Shown piece after piece: positions 8,778-16,010 of a stretch of DNA of 24,741 bases (the stretch's first letter is position 1; the number at the start of each line of letters is the position of its first letter). The stretch covers positions 4,884-29,624 of the forward strand of contig CAZJUS010000010.1 of the NCBI GenBank assembly GCA_964549355.1. The letters run 5' to 3'. The DNA comes from Candidatus Undinarchaeota archaeon. GTDB lineage: Archaea; SpSt-1190. The position numbers were made by a program, and so were the translations under genes. Below the pieces are notes generated by a model. It was not told the DNA's origin, searched no databases, and saw only the letters and a program-made list of their open reading frames with translations.

Positions 8778-9988
8778 TGGAAAGTTTAAATCTGAAGTCC
8801 GACACATATATGCTTGAGGTGCCGAACTTGAAGGAGGCAGTGGTGTATTTTCCGTATGGTGTCCTTACAGCAGTCGTAGCCATACTGCCGGTCCTGATAC
8901 TGATTGATGCGGGAGGGACTGCATTCCAGGTCGGCCTCCTGGCAGCCCTTACAGCATTCTGCAATTTGGTCGGGGGGATTTTCTGGCCGAAATACCTGAA
9001 GGTCACCAGCAAAGCCAGCGTAGTGGTCATGGGGTATCTGGGCCTCTTTCTCGGCCTGCTCATGATGCAGAACCCTTCCCTTCTTTTTTTGGCGACTGCA
9101 GTGGCTGTATTTTTCCCCCAAGCCATTTTTTATGCGACCATTACTGAGCTGAAAGCCCGGACCACTGCTTTGTCCGGCAACCTCGGCAGATTCTACAGCT
9201 TCGCCAGCGTTGCAACTGCTGTCGGCTATGTCTTGGGTGCGGCGGGGACTCATTTTCTCGACCCCCTTCCATTTGCAAGGGTCGTCGCCTTCCTTTCACT
9301 TTTCAGCATCCCCGTTGTTGCAAGCACCTTGAGTGAAGAGAGCCTCGGCCGGCTGGTGAGCAATGGAATTACTGAGTTCCGCAGGATGGGCTCCCACCTG
9401 GCAGGCAGGAATCTCCGGGTAGTCAGGTTCGGCTTCGGCCTGGAAAAACTACCCTTCCTTTTGACCAGCTCGATATTCTCCGTCTGCTTCGGCATAGTTT
9501 TTTCGCAAAGGACTAATTTTGTCAAGACATGGAGGGCTTCCAATTTCATAGTCTACGCCCTGCTGCTTATGGAGGTCATCATCAGTTCGATGGTCTACCG
9601 GTTGGCCGGGCGCGCCGACCAGAAAGGGCTCTATATCGGGCACGCTTTTCTGATACTCTGCCTCGGCAGTTTCCTTATGGCCGTTCACTTTCTCAGCCTG
9701 CCCTGGATTGTCTTGGCGTACATATTCGGGGGCATATTCTGGCCTTTCATCAATGTGTTCTACAGTTCATACGGCCTGGGGTTCAGCGAGGAGCTGCTTG
9801 GGGTGAATCTCTCCACCCGCAGCACTTTCTATATCGTCGGCAGCCTCCTCGGCGGGTTCCTGGTTGAAAACTACGGCTTCCTTTTGGCCTTTGCAATCGG
9901 GACTGCTGTTGCCCTCCTGGCTCCCCTGCCGTTCATAGCTGGCAGCAGAATCATGGGCAAGAATATAAATGCAGAAAGCCAAAGTTAA
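8777..9988 (+). CDS. MFS transporter
   Basis: About 400 aa with roughly 12 hydrophobic segments in two halves; TGATG overlap with the upstream gene. Confidence 0.75.
   Translation: MESLNLKSDTYMLEVPNLKEAVVYFPYGVLTAVVAILPVLILIDAGGTAFQVGLLAALTAFCNLVGGIFWPKYLKVTSKASVVVMGYLGLFLGLLMMQNPSLLFLATAVAVFFPQAIFYATITELKARTTALSGNLGRFYSFASVATAVGYVLGAAGTHFLDPLPFARVVAFLSLFSIPVVASTLSEESLGRLVSNGITEFRRMGSHLAGRNLRVVRFGFGLEKLPFLLTSSIFSVCFGIVFSQRTNFVKTWRASNFIVYALLLMEVIISSMVYRLAGRADQKGLYIGHAFLILCLGSFLMAVHFLSLPWIVLAYIFGGIFWPFINVFYSSYGLGFSEELLGVNLSTRSTFYIVGSLLGGFLVENYGFLLAFAIGTAVALLAPLPFIAGSRIMGKNINAESQS
9960..9969 (+). promoter_or_regulatory. TATA-type promoter for tRNA-Ile
   Basis: AGAATATAAA 29 nt before the tRNA; identical decamer at 10216-10225. 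Confidence 0.6.
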
Positions 9989-9998
9989 ACGTGTGGAC

Positions 9999-10113
9999 GG
10001 GCCCGTAGCTCAGTCGGTCAGAGCGCCGGTCTTATATGGCCGCCTCTGGCATATTCGAAAACAAGAGAGTCTAGGAAAGCCGGAGGTCCGGGGTTCGAAT
10101 CCCCGCGGGCCCA
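9999..10113 (+). tRNA. tRNA-Ile(UAU) with a 41-nt intron at 37/38 (10037-10077)
   Basis: Acceptor GGGCCCG/CGGGCCC-A, D stem GCTC/GAGC, anticodon stem CCGGT/GCCGG, loop CT-TAT-A|A, T arm CGGGG-TTCGAAT-CCCCG; BHB motif; CCA not encoded. Confidence 0.92.
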
Positions 10114-10208
10114 GTCGCCTAACGAAGCGACACCACGGGCGCCATCACCCACCATCCCAAATGGTTCGTGACGGCGCGCCAGCACAATTACTCCGCCCGC
10201 GGGTGGTG
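10114..10208. other. GC-rich structured spacer, possible ncRNA or tRNA trailer
   Basis: Hairpins GTCGC/GCGAC, GCCATCAC/GTGACGGC, ACCAT/ATGGT and outer CACCAC/GTGGTG. Confidence 0.4.
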
Positions 10209-10215
10209 CGCGAAG

Positions 10216-10225
10216 AGAATATAAA
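10216..10225 (+). promoter_or_regulatory. TATA-type promoter for the tRNA-Leu precursor
   Basis: AGAATATAAA, identical to the tRNA-Ile promoter; 34 nt before the 41-nt element. Confidence 0.55.
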
Positions 10226-10259
10226 CTGAGCGCTGTGGAAAACTATACCAAAACTTAGC

Positions 10260-10300
10260 GTGCCGGTGGAACCGGCACAAAGTGTCGACTGATTACAGTC
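10260..10300 (+). repeat. 41-nt double-hairpin element, copy A, abutting tRNA-Leu +1
   Basis: GTGCCGGT-GGA-ACCGGCAC, AAAGTGTC, GACTG-ATTA-CAGTC. Confidence 0.85.
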
Positions 10301-10385
10301 GCGGGGGTGGCGGAGTCTGGTCAAACGTGCAGGATTGAGGTTCCTGTGGCTAGTGCCTGCGAGGGTTCGAATCCCTTCCCCCGCA
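10301..10385 (+). tRNA. tRNA-Leu(GAG)
   Basis: Acceptor GCGGGGG/CCCCCGC-A, anticodon arm CAGGA-TT-GAG-GT-TCCTG, long variable arm, T arm GAGGG-TTCGAAT-CCCTT; CCA not encoded. Confidence 0.95.
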
Positions 10386-10425
10386 ACGGAAATCCGTTGA
10401 CACTTTGTGCTGCCTCCGGCAGCAC
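10385..10425 (-). repeat. 41-nt double-hairpin element, copy B (inverted), starting at the tRNA discriminator
   Basis: Reverse complement reads GTGCTGCC-GGA-GGCAGCAC, AAAGTGTC, AACGG-ATTT-CCGTT; 30/41 identical to copy A. Confidence 0.85.
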
Positions 10426-10455
10426 CCCTCTGGTCGAACTTTTTCCAAAAGTTCG

Positions 10456-10480
10456 GAGGGTTCGAATCCCTTCCCCTGCA
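10456..10480 (+). repeat. Second copy of the tRNA-Leu T-arm and 3' acceptor strand
   Basis: gagggttcgaatcccttcccctgca versus gagggttcgaatcccttcccccgca at 10361-10385 (24/25 identical). Confidence 0.85.
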
Positions 10481-10487
10481 AACCCTG

Positions 10488-11228
10488 TTACGAATTTGGA
10501 TTATTCTTGCAACCGGACTTCTCAATTTCTCTTTTCCACTTGCGGTTGGCGGCCCATCTGTAGATGAATTTTGGGATTATGAATGCTTTCAAAAGCTTCT
10601 TCTGGGTGATGATACCGATTTTCCCTTTGCCCACCACTTCCTGCCCTGCTCTGTAGCAGGTATCCAAATAATCTTTCATGAACCTGCGGTGGTTTGCTTC
10701 ATAGAGCATGCCGGACATCGGGCGGTAGATCCTGCCGGCAATCCAGGTGTGGTAGTTTTTGGCAATCATTTCGAAAGTGCGGTCCAAGGCTTCAAAGTGG
10801 TCTATTTCGGGGAAGCCCGCCACCGACACCACCACCCATTTTGCATTGCATTCCGGGTATCTCATCGGGTGCTCTGTAAGGTGCCCCTTTTTTCTGAGAA
10901 AAGGCTGCCCCAGAGGGAGGGTGCGCTCAATGAAAGTCTTCATGGAAGAAGACATGGTGAAATGGTAGAGCGGGGTTGCAAAGACTATTATGTCGGCAGC
11001 CACCATTTTCGGCAGAATTTTGTCCATATCGTCCCGGTGCAGGCATCTGCCGGGCGTCTTGACCCAGCAGGTGAAGCACCCCGCGCATCTTTTGATTTTT
11101 TTGTCGTGGAGGTATATCTTTTCGATTTCGGCCCCTGCATCCCGGGCGCCATCCAGGAACGCATCCAGCACGACATCGGTCGCTCCTTTCCCCTTCCGGG
11201 GGCTGGAATTAAATGCCAGGATTTTCAT
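10488..11228 (-). CDS. Flavodoxin-family / iron-sulfur flavoprotein (NADPH-dependent FMN reductase family)
   Basis: NSSPRK..GAT, CAGCFTCWVKTPGRC, ADIIVFATPLY, MKTFIER. Confidence 0.88.
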   Translation of the reverse strand: MKILAFNSSPRKGKGATDVVLDAFLDGARDAGAEIEKIYLHDKKIKRCAGCFTCWVKTPGRCLHRDDMDKILPKMVAADIIVFATPLYHFTMSSSMKTFIERTLPLGQPFLRKKGHLTEHPMRYPECNAKWVVVSVAGFPEIDHFEALDRTFEMIAKNYHTWIAGRIYRPMSGMLYEANHRRFMKDYLDTCYRAGQEVVGKGKIGIITQKKLLKAFIIPKFIYRWAANRKWKREIEKSGCKNNPNS

Positions 11229-11304
11229 AATAGGGGTTAGGGCACCTGTTTTTAAGGCAGACGGGCAGTCGCAAGCTTTTTATTAGGACTGAATAGTAAA
11301 TAAT

Positions 11305-12108
11305 ATGGATCTGCCGACGGCTTACGATTTGCATCGTGGGATTTCCTCCTATGAAAAGTCCCTTCCTGATTTGATGAATGCATGGCTCGACATGATAATT
11401 GACCTGGGAAGCGAGGGGAAAATCTCCGAAGCAAGTGCAGGAACTTTCTCCCGCATCTATCACGGCATCAAAGAAGCCCACAAGAAGGACATAAAAGAGG
11501 CAGTGGTCCATGGAAGCAATTCCGACAACCCATATAAAATGAGATACATCCTCTCAGAGCAGATAGATGTGCTGAGGTACACTCCCATTATTGTTGACAG
11601 TCTGAAATCCATGGGAAGTTTCTTGGGAAAAAGTGAACGGGCCGATGATTTGAGGGTGGTTCTTTCTTCATGCATTGAAGAATATTCAAAATTCCCGGAC
11701 CCGATGAGAATCAACAAGATAAAAAATATACAATTCGACAAAGCTCTTTCCAGATACCTCAAAAATTTACTGAGGAATGTTGTTGACTCCCGAAAAAGCA
11801 ACGATTTTCACAGTGCAAGAAAAAATTTAGACATGGCGCGCAGGACATTGTTTGTCCACTACACCACCAAAGATTATGTCAAGGATTCACAAAAGAAAGC
11901 ATATTGCCGTGAATACCTGATGACGCTTAAAAAAATGTTCAAAGAAACTGCAAAGGAAAGAAACAAACCGGAAGCTGTGGGGCTGCTTAGAGAGATGAAA
12001 AGTTTTATTGAGCTGCCGCAACATCACGACTATGTTCCTCCAGAATACAAGGACGAGGATTTTTTTGAAAGGCTTGCGGAAAAGGCGGGCATGCACATAG
12101 ATTATTAA
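11305..12108 (+). CDS. Hypothetical charged, probably alpha-helical protein
   Basis: 267-aa ORF with upstream TTTTTATTA; AT-rich codon usage; no family recognised. Confidence 0.7.
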   Translation: MDLPTAYDLHRGISSYEKSLPDLMNAWLDMIIDLGSEGKISEASAGTFSRIYHGIKEAHKKDIKEAVVHGSNSDNPYKMRYILSEQIDVLRYTPIIVDSLKSMGSFLGKSERADDLRVVLSSCIEEYSKFPDPMRINKIKNIQFDKALSRYLKNLLRNVVDSRKSNDFHSARKNLDMARRTLFVHYTTKDYVKDSQKKAYCREYLMTLKKMFKETAKERNKPEAVGLLREMKSFIELPQHHDYVPPEYKDEDFFERLAEKAGMHIDY

Positions 12109-12129
12109 GCCACGGAATATTAGCGGGGC

Positions 12130-13110
12130 GTGGAAGCTGAGGAAATAAAAGCCGAGTTTGAAGCCAAGAAATACCGTTTTTTCGGCAATTCCGCCGTCCA
12201 AATCTGCACTTGGTCCAAGAAAGCCCTCAAAGGGGAAGGGGTGTGCTACAAGCAGAAATTCTACGGTGTGCCCACCCACCGATGCATGCAGTTTTCGCCG
12301 GCCGCCCTCTACTGCCAGAACAACTGCATCTACTGCTGGCGGCCTGCCGAATTTCTGACTCTCAGGCGCAGTGTCAAGTGGGACGGGCCGAAGGAGATGG
12401 TCGAGGCCTTGGTCCGGCAGAGGACGAAGCTGCTGGAGGGCTTCGGCGGAAATTCACAGGCAGACACACAGCTTTACAGGGAGAGTCTTGAGCCCGTTCA
12501 CTTTGCAATCAGCTTGAGCGGTGAGCCGACCCTGTATCCAAAATTGCCGGAGCTTGTGAATTACCTCATGGACCGCCCCGGCACTTTTTCAGTCTTCATA
12601 GTCACCAACGGGCAGGAGCCGGAGATGCTGAAAAAACTTCAGTCCGAAAATTCACTGCCGACCCAGCTTTATCTCAGTCTGACTGCCACCAACAAGGCGG
12701 GCTACAAAAAAATTTCAGTTCCCATTCACGAAGACGGTTGGGAAAGACTGCTTGAATCCATTCACTTTTTGTCGCAGGTTCCGACCCGGACCGTTCTTCG
12801 GATTACACTCATCAAAGGAATCAATATGGATGGCCTGGAAGCATGGGCGGAGCTGGTCCAGCAGGCCAACCCCCACTTTGTCGAGTTCAAGGCCTACATG
12901 CATATCGGCTTCAGCCAGTATCGGATGAAGAGGGAAAACATGCCGGCCATGGAAGAAGTCCGGGATTTTTCAAACCGGGTGCTGGAGCACCTGCCGGGAT
13001 TTGAGGCCATGGATGAGGACGGGCCCAGCAGGATTGTGGTCCTCAGGAACAAGGTCCGGGAGACGGAAAGGCAGATAAAAGGGCCGGCCCCCTGCCAGAA
13101 CGGGTTTTAA
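12130..13110 (+). CDS. taw1: 4-demethylwyosine synthase Taw1/TYW1 (radical SAM)
   Basis: VQICTW, CYKQKFYG..THRCMQ, CQNNCIYCWR, HFAISLSGEPTLYP, FVEFKAYMHIG. Confidence 0.95.
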   Translation: MEAEEIKAEFEAKKYRFFGNSAVQICTWSKKALKGEGVCYKQKFYGVPTHRCMQFSPAALYCQNNCIYCWRPAEFLTLRRSVKWDGPKEMVEALVRQRTKLLEGFGGNSQADTQLYRESLEPVHFAISLSGEPTLYPKLPELVNYLMDRPGTFSVFIVTNGQEPEMLKKLQSENSLPTQLYLSLTATNKAGYKKISVPIHEDGWERLLESIHFLSQVPTRTVLRITLIKGINMDGLEAWAELVQQANPHFVEFKAYMHIGFSQYRMKRENMPAMEEVRDFSNRVLEHLPGFEAMDEDGPSRIVVLRNKVRETERQIKGPAPCQNGF

Positions 13111-13113
13111 GCC

Positions 13114-13737
13114 TTACTCCGCCAGGGCCTTCTGGATGAGCTGGAGCATTGCCTTTGGGGGGATGGCGCCTTCTGCTGATGCCTTGCCGTTGACTACTAT
13201 TTTTGGAACAGCCGAAACTTGGTGCTTCATTGCCAGCTCCCTGTACTCCATGGCTTCCACCATGATGCTTGTAATCTTCGGGTTCAGCATGGCGAGCATA
13301 TGCCCGATCACGACGGGGCCTTTGCAGTAGGGGCATGTGGGGGTGATGAACACCATTATGTCCACGGGCTTGTCAATTGTGATGGCTTCCGCCTGGACAT
13401 CTTCCGGCAGTTCGACCTTCCCGATTGACGCCATCTTGACTATGGAGAGGAAGGCCATGAACTCGTGCCCGCTCGGAATTCCATAATACCTGATGTTGGG
13501 GTATTTCTCGAATATGATTGCGGGCGCTTTTTTGATGCCGTGCTTTTTGGCCAAAGGGGAATCCAAATCCAGCGTCCTGAAATCGACCTCGCTGATTTCC
13601 TTGATGTCATTCAGCAGTTCTTCAATAACCCCGCAGTATTCACAGTCCGGGCTGTCGGATTTGAAAAACAGGAGAGTGACCTTTACATTCTTGAGATAGT
13701 CTGCAACTTTCTGCTTGTCGGTTTCTTCAAGTACCAT
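13114..13737 (-). CDS. Protein disulfide oxidoreductase (two thioredoxin folds)
   Basis: CEYC and CPYC motifs, YYGIPSGHEF, VSAVPKIVVN. Confidence 0.92.
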   Translation of the reverse strand: MVLEETDKQKVADYLKNVKVTLLFFKSDSPDCEYCGVIEELLNDIKEISEVDFRTLDLDSPLAKKHGIKKAPAIIFEKYPNIRYYGIPSGHEFMAFLSIVKMASIGKVELPEDVQAEAITIDKPVDIMVFITPTCPYCKGPVVIGHMLAMLNPKITSIMVEAMEYRELAMKHQVSAVPKIVVNGKASAEGAIPPKAMLQLIQKALAE

Positions 13738-13805
13738 ATGCGACACGGCGGTTATAATTTATAAATGTTGGCAAACCATTTATAGACGGAAAGTCAAGTT
13801 GGATT

Positions 13806-13997
13806 ATGGTTAAAGTCTCAATATCGGACAAATGCATAGGGTGCGGCGCCTGCGTTGCGCTGGCTCCTGATATATTTGAAATGGACGCCTCCACTATGAA
13901 GAGCAAAGTCAAGAAGCAGCCGGCCGGCCCGGATGAAGTTGATACGGCCAAGCAGGCTGCGGAAGCGTGCCCGGTGGAAGCCATCAAGGTTGAATAA
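13806..13997 (+). CDS. Monocluster ferredoxin
   Basis: CIGCGACVALAP...ACPVEAI. Confidence 0.92.
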   Translation: MVKVSISDKCIGCGACVALAPDIFEMDASTMKSKVKKQPAGPDEVDTAKQAAEACPVEAIKVE

Positions 13998-14550
13998 CAG
14001 CTTTTAGCTTCTGAAAAACTGCCTGGAATTCCTCGAGCCTGTTCGGGTTCCTCAGGACGGCTGCGGGATGGAAGGCAGGCAGGATAATCAACCCGCCGAA
14101 GAGGGTTGAAATTTTGAAGATCTGGCCATTGGCTTTGGTTGCACCGGGCCACTCCAGCCCGTACTTGCTGAAGACCCACTCGCCTGCAGTGTTGCCCAGG
14201 GGCACAATAACGCGCGGTGATATGAGCTCCAGCTGCTGGTTGATATAGACTGAACAAATTTCCAATTCACTTTTGGAGGGCCTGCGGTTTTCGGGTGGCC
14301 TGCACTTCACTATGTTGGTGATGAAAACTTTAGTCCTGTCGAGCCCGGCTTCCGCAAGAGTCTTGTCCAGCAGTCTGCCCGAACGCCCGACGAAGGGCCG
14401 GCCTTGGACATCCTCCCAATATCCCGGAGCTTCACCTATCAGGACCACTCTGCTGGAAGGGTTGCCTTCCCCCGGGACTGCATGGGTCCGCGTTTTGTGG
14501 AGCGGGCACTTGGTGCACTCCATAATCCGGCTGTGGAGTTTTTCAAGCAC
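13984..14550 (-). CDS. udg: Uracil-DNA glycosylase family 4
   Basis: CTKCPL, IGEAPG, GRPFVGRSG, TNIVKCRPPENR, HPAAVL. Confidence 0.95.
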   Translation of the reverse strand: MLEKLHSRIMECTKCPLHKTRTHAVPGEGNPSSRVVLIGEAPGYWEDVQGRPFVGRSGRLLDKTLAEAGLDRTKVFITNIVKCRPPENRRPSKSELEICSVYINQQLELISPRVIVPLGNTAGEWVFSKYGLEWPGATKANGQIFKISTLFGGLIILPAFHPAAVLRNPNRLEEFQAVFQKLKAVIQP

Positions 14551-14572
14551 AGTGGCATGGTCATCCTTGCCT

Positions 14573-14578
14573 TTTAAA
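14573..14578. promoter_or_regulatory. Palindromic TTTAAA, probably a bidirectional TATA box
   Basis: Exactly 22 nt from both divergent start codons (14550 and 14601). Confidence 0.5.
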
Positions 14579-14600
14579 CCTTCCCCGGCCCATTACACTT

Positions 14601-14912
14601 ATGGCGCAGATAAAATATTGGAACGGCGAAGCAGCAATAATCCAGGTGTTTTTTGCGCCGGGGGTTTTGTCGCCTGAGGCCGTTTCAGAAATGTTGCCGA
14701 GATTCGAAACCAAAGTTTTCAGAAAAAGTGAATTGGCGGCGAATGCGTTTGTAAAACAAGTAGTGAAACATCATGATTACTACGCATTGCTGGCCGTTGA
14801 GTCCACGAGCCTCCGGCAGGCACTGGACCTTGCGGAGGGGCTCGAAAACTGCCAGAGGCGCCTGTCTGAAAAAATTAAGAATTCTGTATATCAAGCCACG
14901 AAGGCGATATAG
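14601..14912 (+). CDS. Hypothetical protein
   Basis: Fills the gap between UDG and the protease; TATA spacing fits; no family recognised. Confidence 0.6.
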   Translation: MAQIKYWNGEAAIIQVFFAPGVLSPEAVSEMLPRFETKVFRKSELAANAFVKQVVKHHDYYALLAVESTSLRQALDLAEGLENCQRRLSEKIKNSVYQATKAI

Positions 14913-15478
14913 CGGACTGCCTGCTGCAAAGCAATTACCATGGCCAGCAGAGCAGCCCAGACCTGCCACTTCCATCTGAATATGTCCGCCCCGTCAAGGG
15001 GGCCGAAGGGGAGCAGGTTGAAGAATGCCAGCTGGAGGTTGACATACGCCCCGATGGCCATCACCGGGGACAGAAAAGAGAGTGCAAGGAAGACCAGAGC
15101 TATCAGTATATTGGCGACCGGGCCTGCAAGGGCAACCCTGCCGTGGTCTTCCCGGGTTGCGAGGCGCTTGGCCCACAGTGTCGCACCCGGAGCAATGAAG
15201 ACGGGGCCACCTATCAGGCGCATGAACAAAGCAAACAGCAGGCCCTGCGACCACATCCGGAATTCGCTCCACGCACCCAGGCTCTGGGCCATGAGCTTGT
15301 GGGCAACCTCATGCAACACAAAGCCGGAGCCTACAAAAACGAAGTAATAACCGAACAGGATTAGCCAGTCCAGGGCGGGCCTGAGGGGCCACACAAAAAT
15401 CAAAGTGATGGCCAACGCTGCAATAATCAATTCCTTGATTTCGATTCCGCTGAATCTGAATTTGTTTCTCTGATACAC
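14891..15478 (-). CDS. Site-2 protease family (M50) membrane metalloprotease
   Basis: HEVAHK (HExxH), LAGPVAN, FNLLPFGPLDG. Confidence 0.92.
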   Translation of the reverse strand: MYQRNKFRFSGIEIKELIIAALAITLIFVWPLRPALDWLILFGYYFVFVGSGFVLHEVAHKLMAQSLGAWSEFRMWSQGLLFALFMRLIGGPVFIAPGATLWAKRLATREDHGRVALAGPVANILIALVFLALSFLSPVMAIGAYVNLQLAFFNLLPFGPLDGADIFRWKWQVWAALLAMVIALQQAVRYIAFVA

Positions 15479-15513
15479 CTAAACTTTAATAGGCGCCGTT
15501 AATAACTATTGTT

Positions 15514-15993
15514 ATGTCTGAGATGGCGTGGCACACCGCCCGGGATGTTTTTATGCAGGGGGCTGACTATTTTGGAAGCATATGCATCTTCTGCAGTGAG
15601 GGTGATGAAGAGAAATTGGCGGAGCGCAGAAGAACAATCAGCACTTTCTTGGAAGGGGTGTCAGCGCAACTGAAAGGATATGAACTGCACAAGATTTTTT
15701 GGATCAGGACTGGGGAGGAAGCGGGACGGCTTGTTGAAATGAAGCTGATTGAGGACTTCGGCGAAGGCAGGACTCTGTTCCTTGCAGTCGGGAAGACGGC
15801 GGGCGACAAGCCCGACAGCATAGTAATTCCAAACAGCATGGGCCTTGATGCCATGAAAAAAGATGAAGCGCTGAACACCTGGCTAATGACCCATCTGCCG
15901 AAAGCCGAGAAGCCCGGGGATGAAGTCGGCTTTCCGCTTTCTGAAGCCTCGCTTGAACCCCCGGAGCCTCCGAAGAAACCTGAAGGAGCCTAA
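15514..15993 (+). CDS. Hypothetical protein with Pro/Glu-rich tail
   Basis: Fills the intergenic space; TTTAATA upstream; no family recognised. Confidence 0.65.
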   Translation: MSEMAWHTARDVFMQGADYFGSICIFCSEGDEEKLAERRRTISTFLEGVSAQLKGYELHKIFWIRTGEEAGRLVEMKLIEDFGEGRTLFLAVGKTAGDKPDSIVIPNSMGLDAMKKDEALNTWLMTHLPKAEKPGDEVGFPLSEASLEPPEPPKKPEGA

Positions 15994-16010
15994 AGCAGAG
16001 CGGAAGGAGC

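Noticed and set aside
10199..10232. Possible degenerate tRNA 5' half (gcgggtggtgcgcgaag...) that would make tRNA-Leu nested in an outer tRNA
   Set aside because: No convincing D arm, anticodon arm or BHB; it overlaps the probable TATA box
9969..10567. ORFs 9969-10229, 10145-10525 and 10307-10567
   Set aside because: They overlap tRNA genes and structured RNA; no protein-like features
15514..15993. Faint resemblance to the C-terminal half of small GTPases
   Set aside because: No P-loop or NKxD motif; too weak without a profile search
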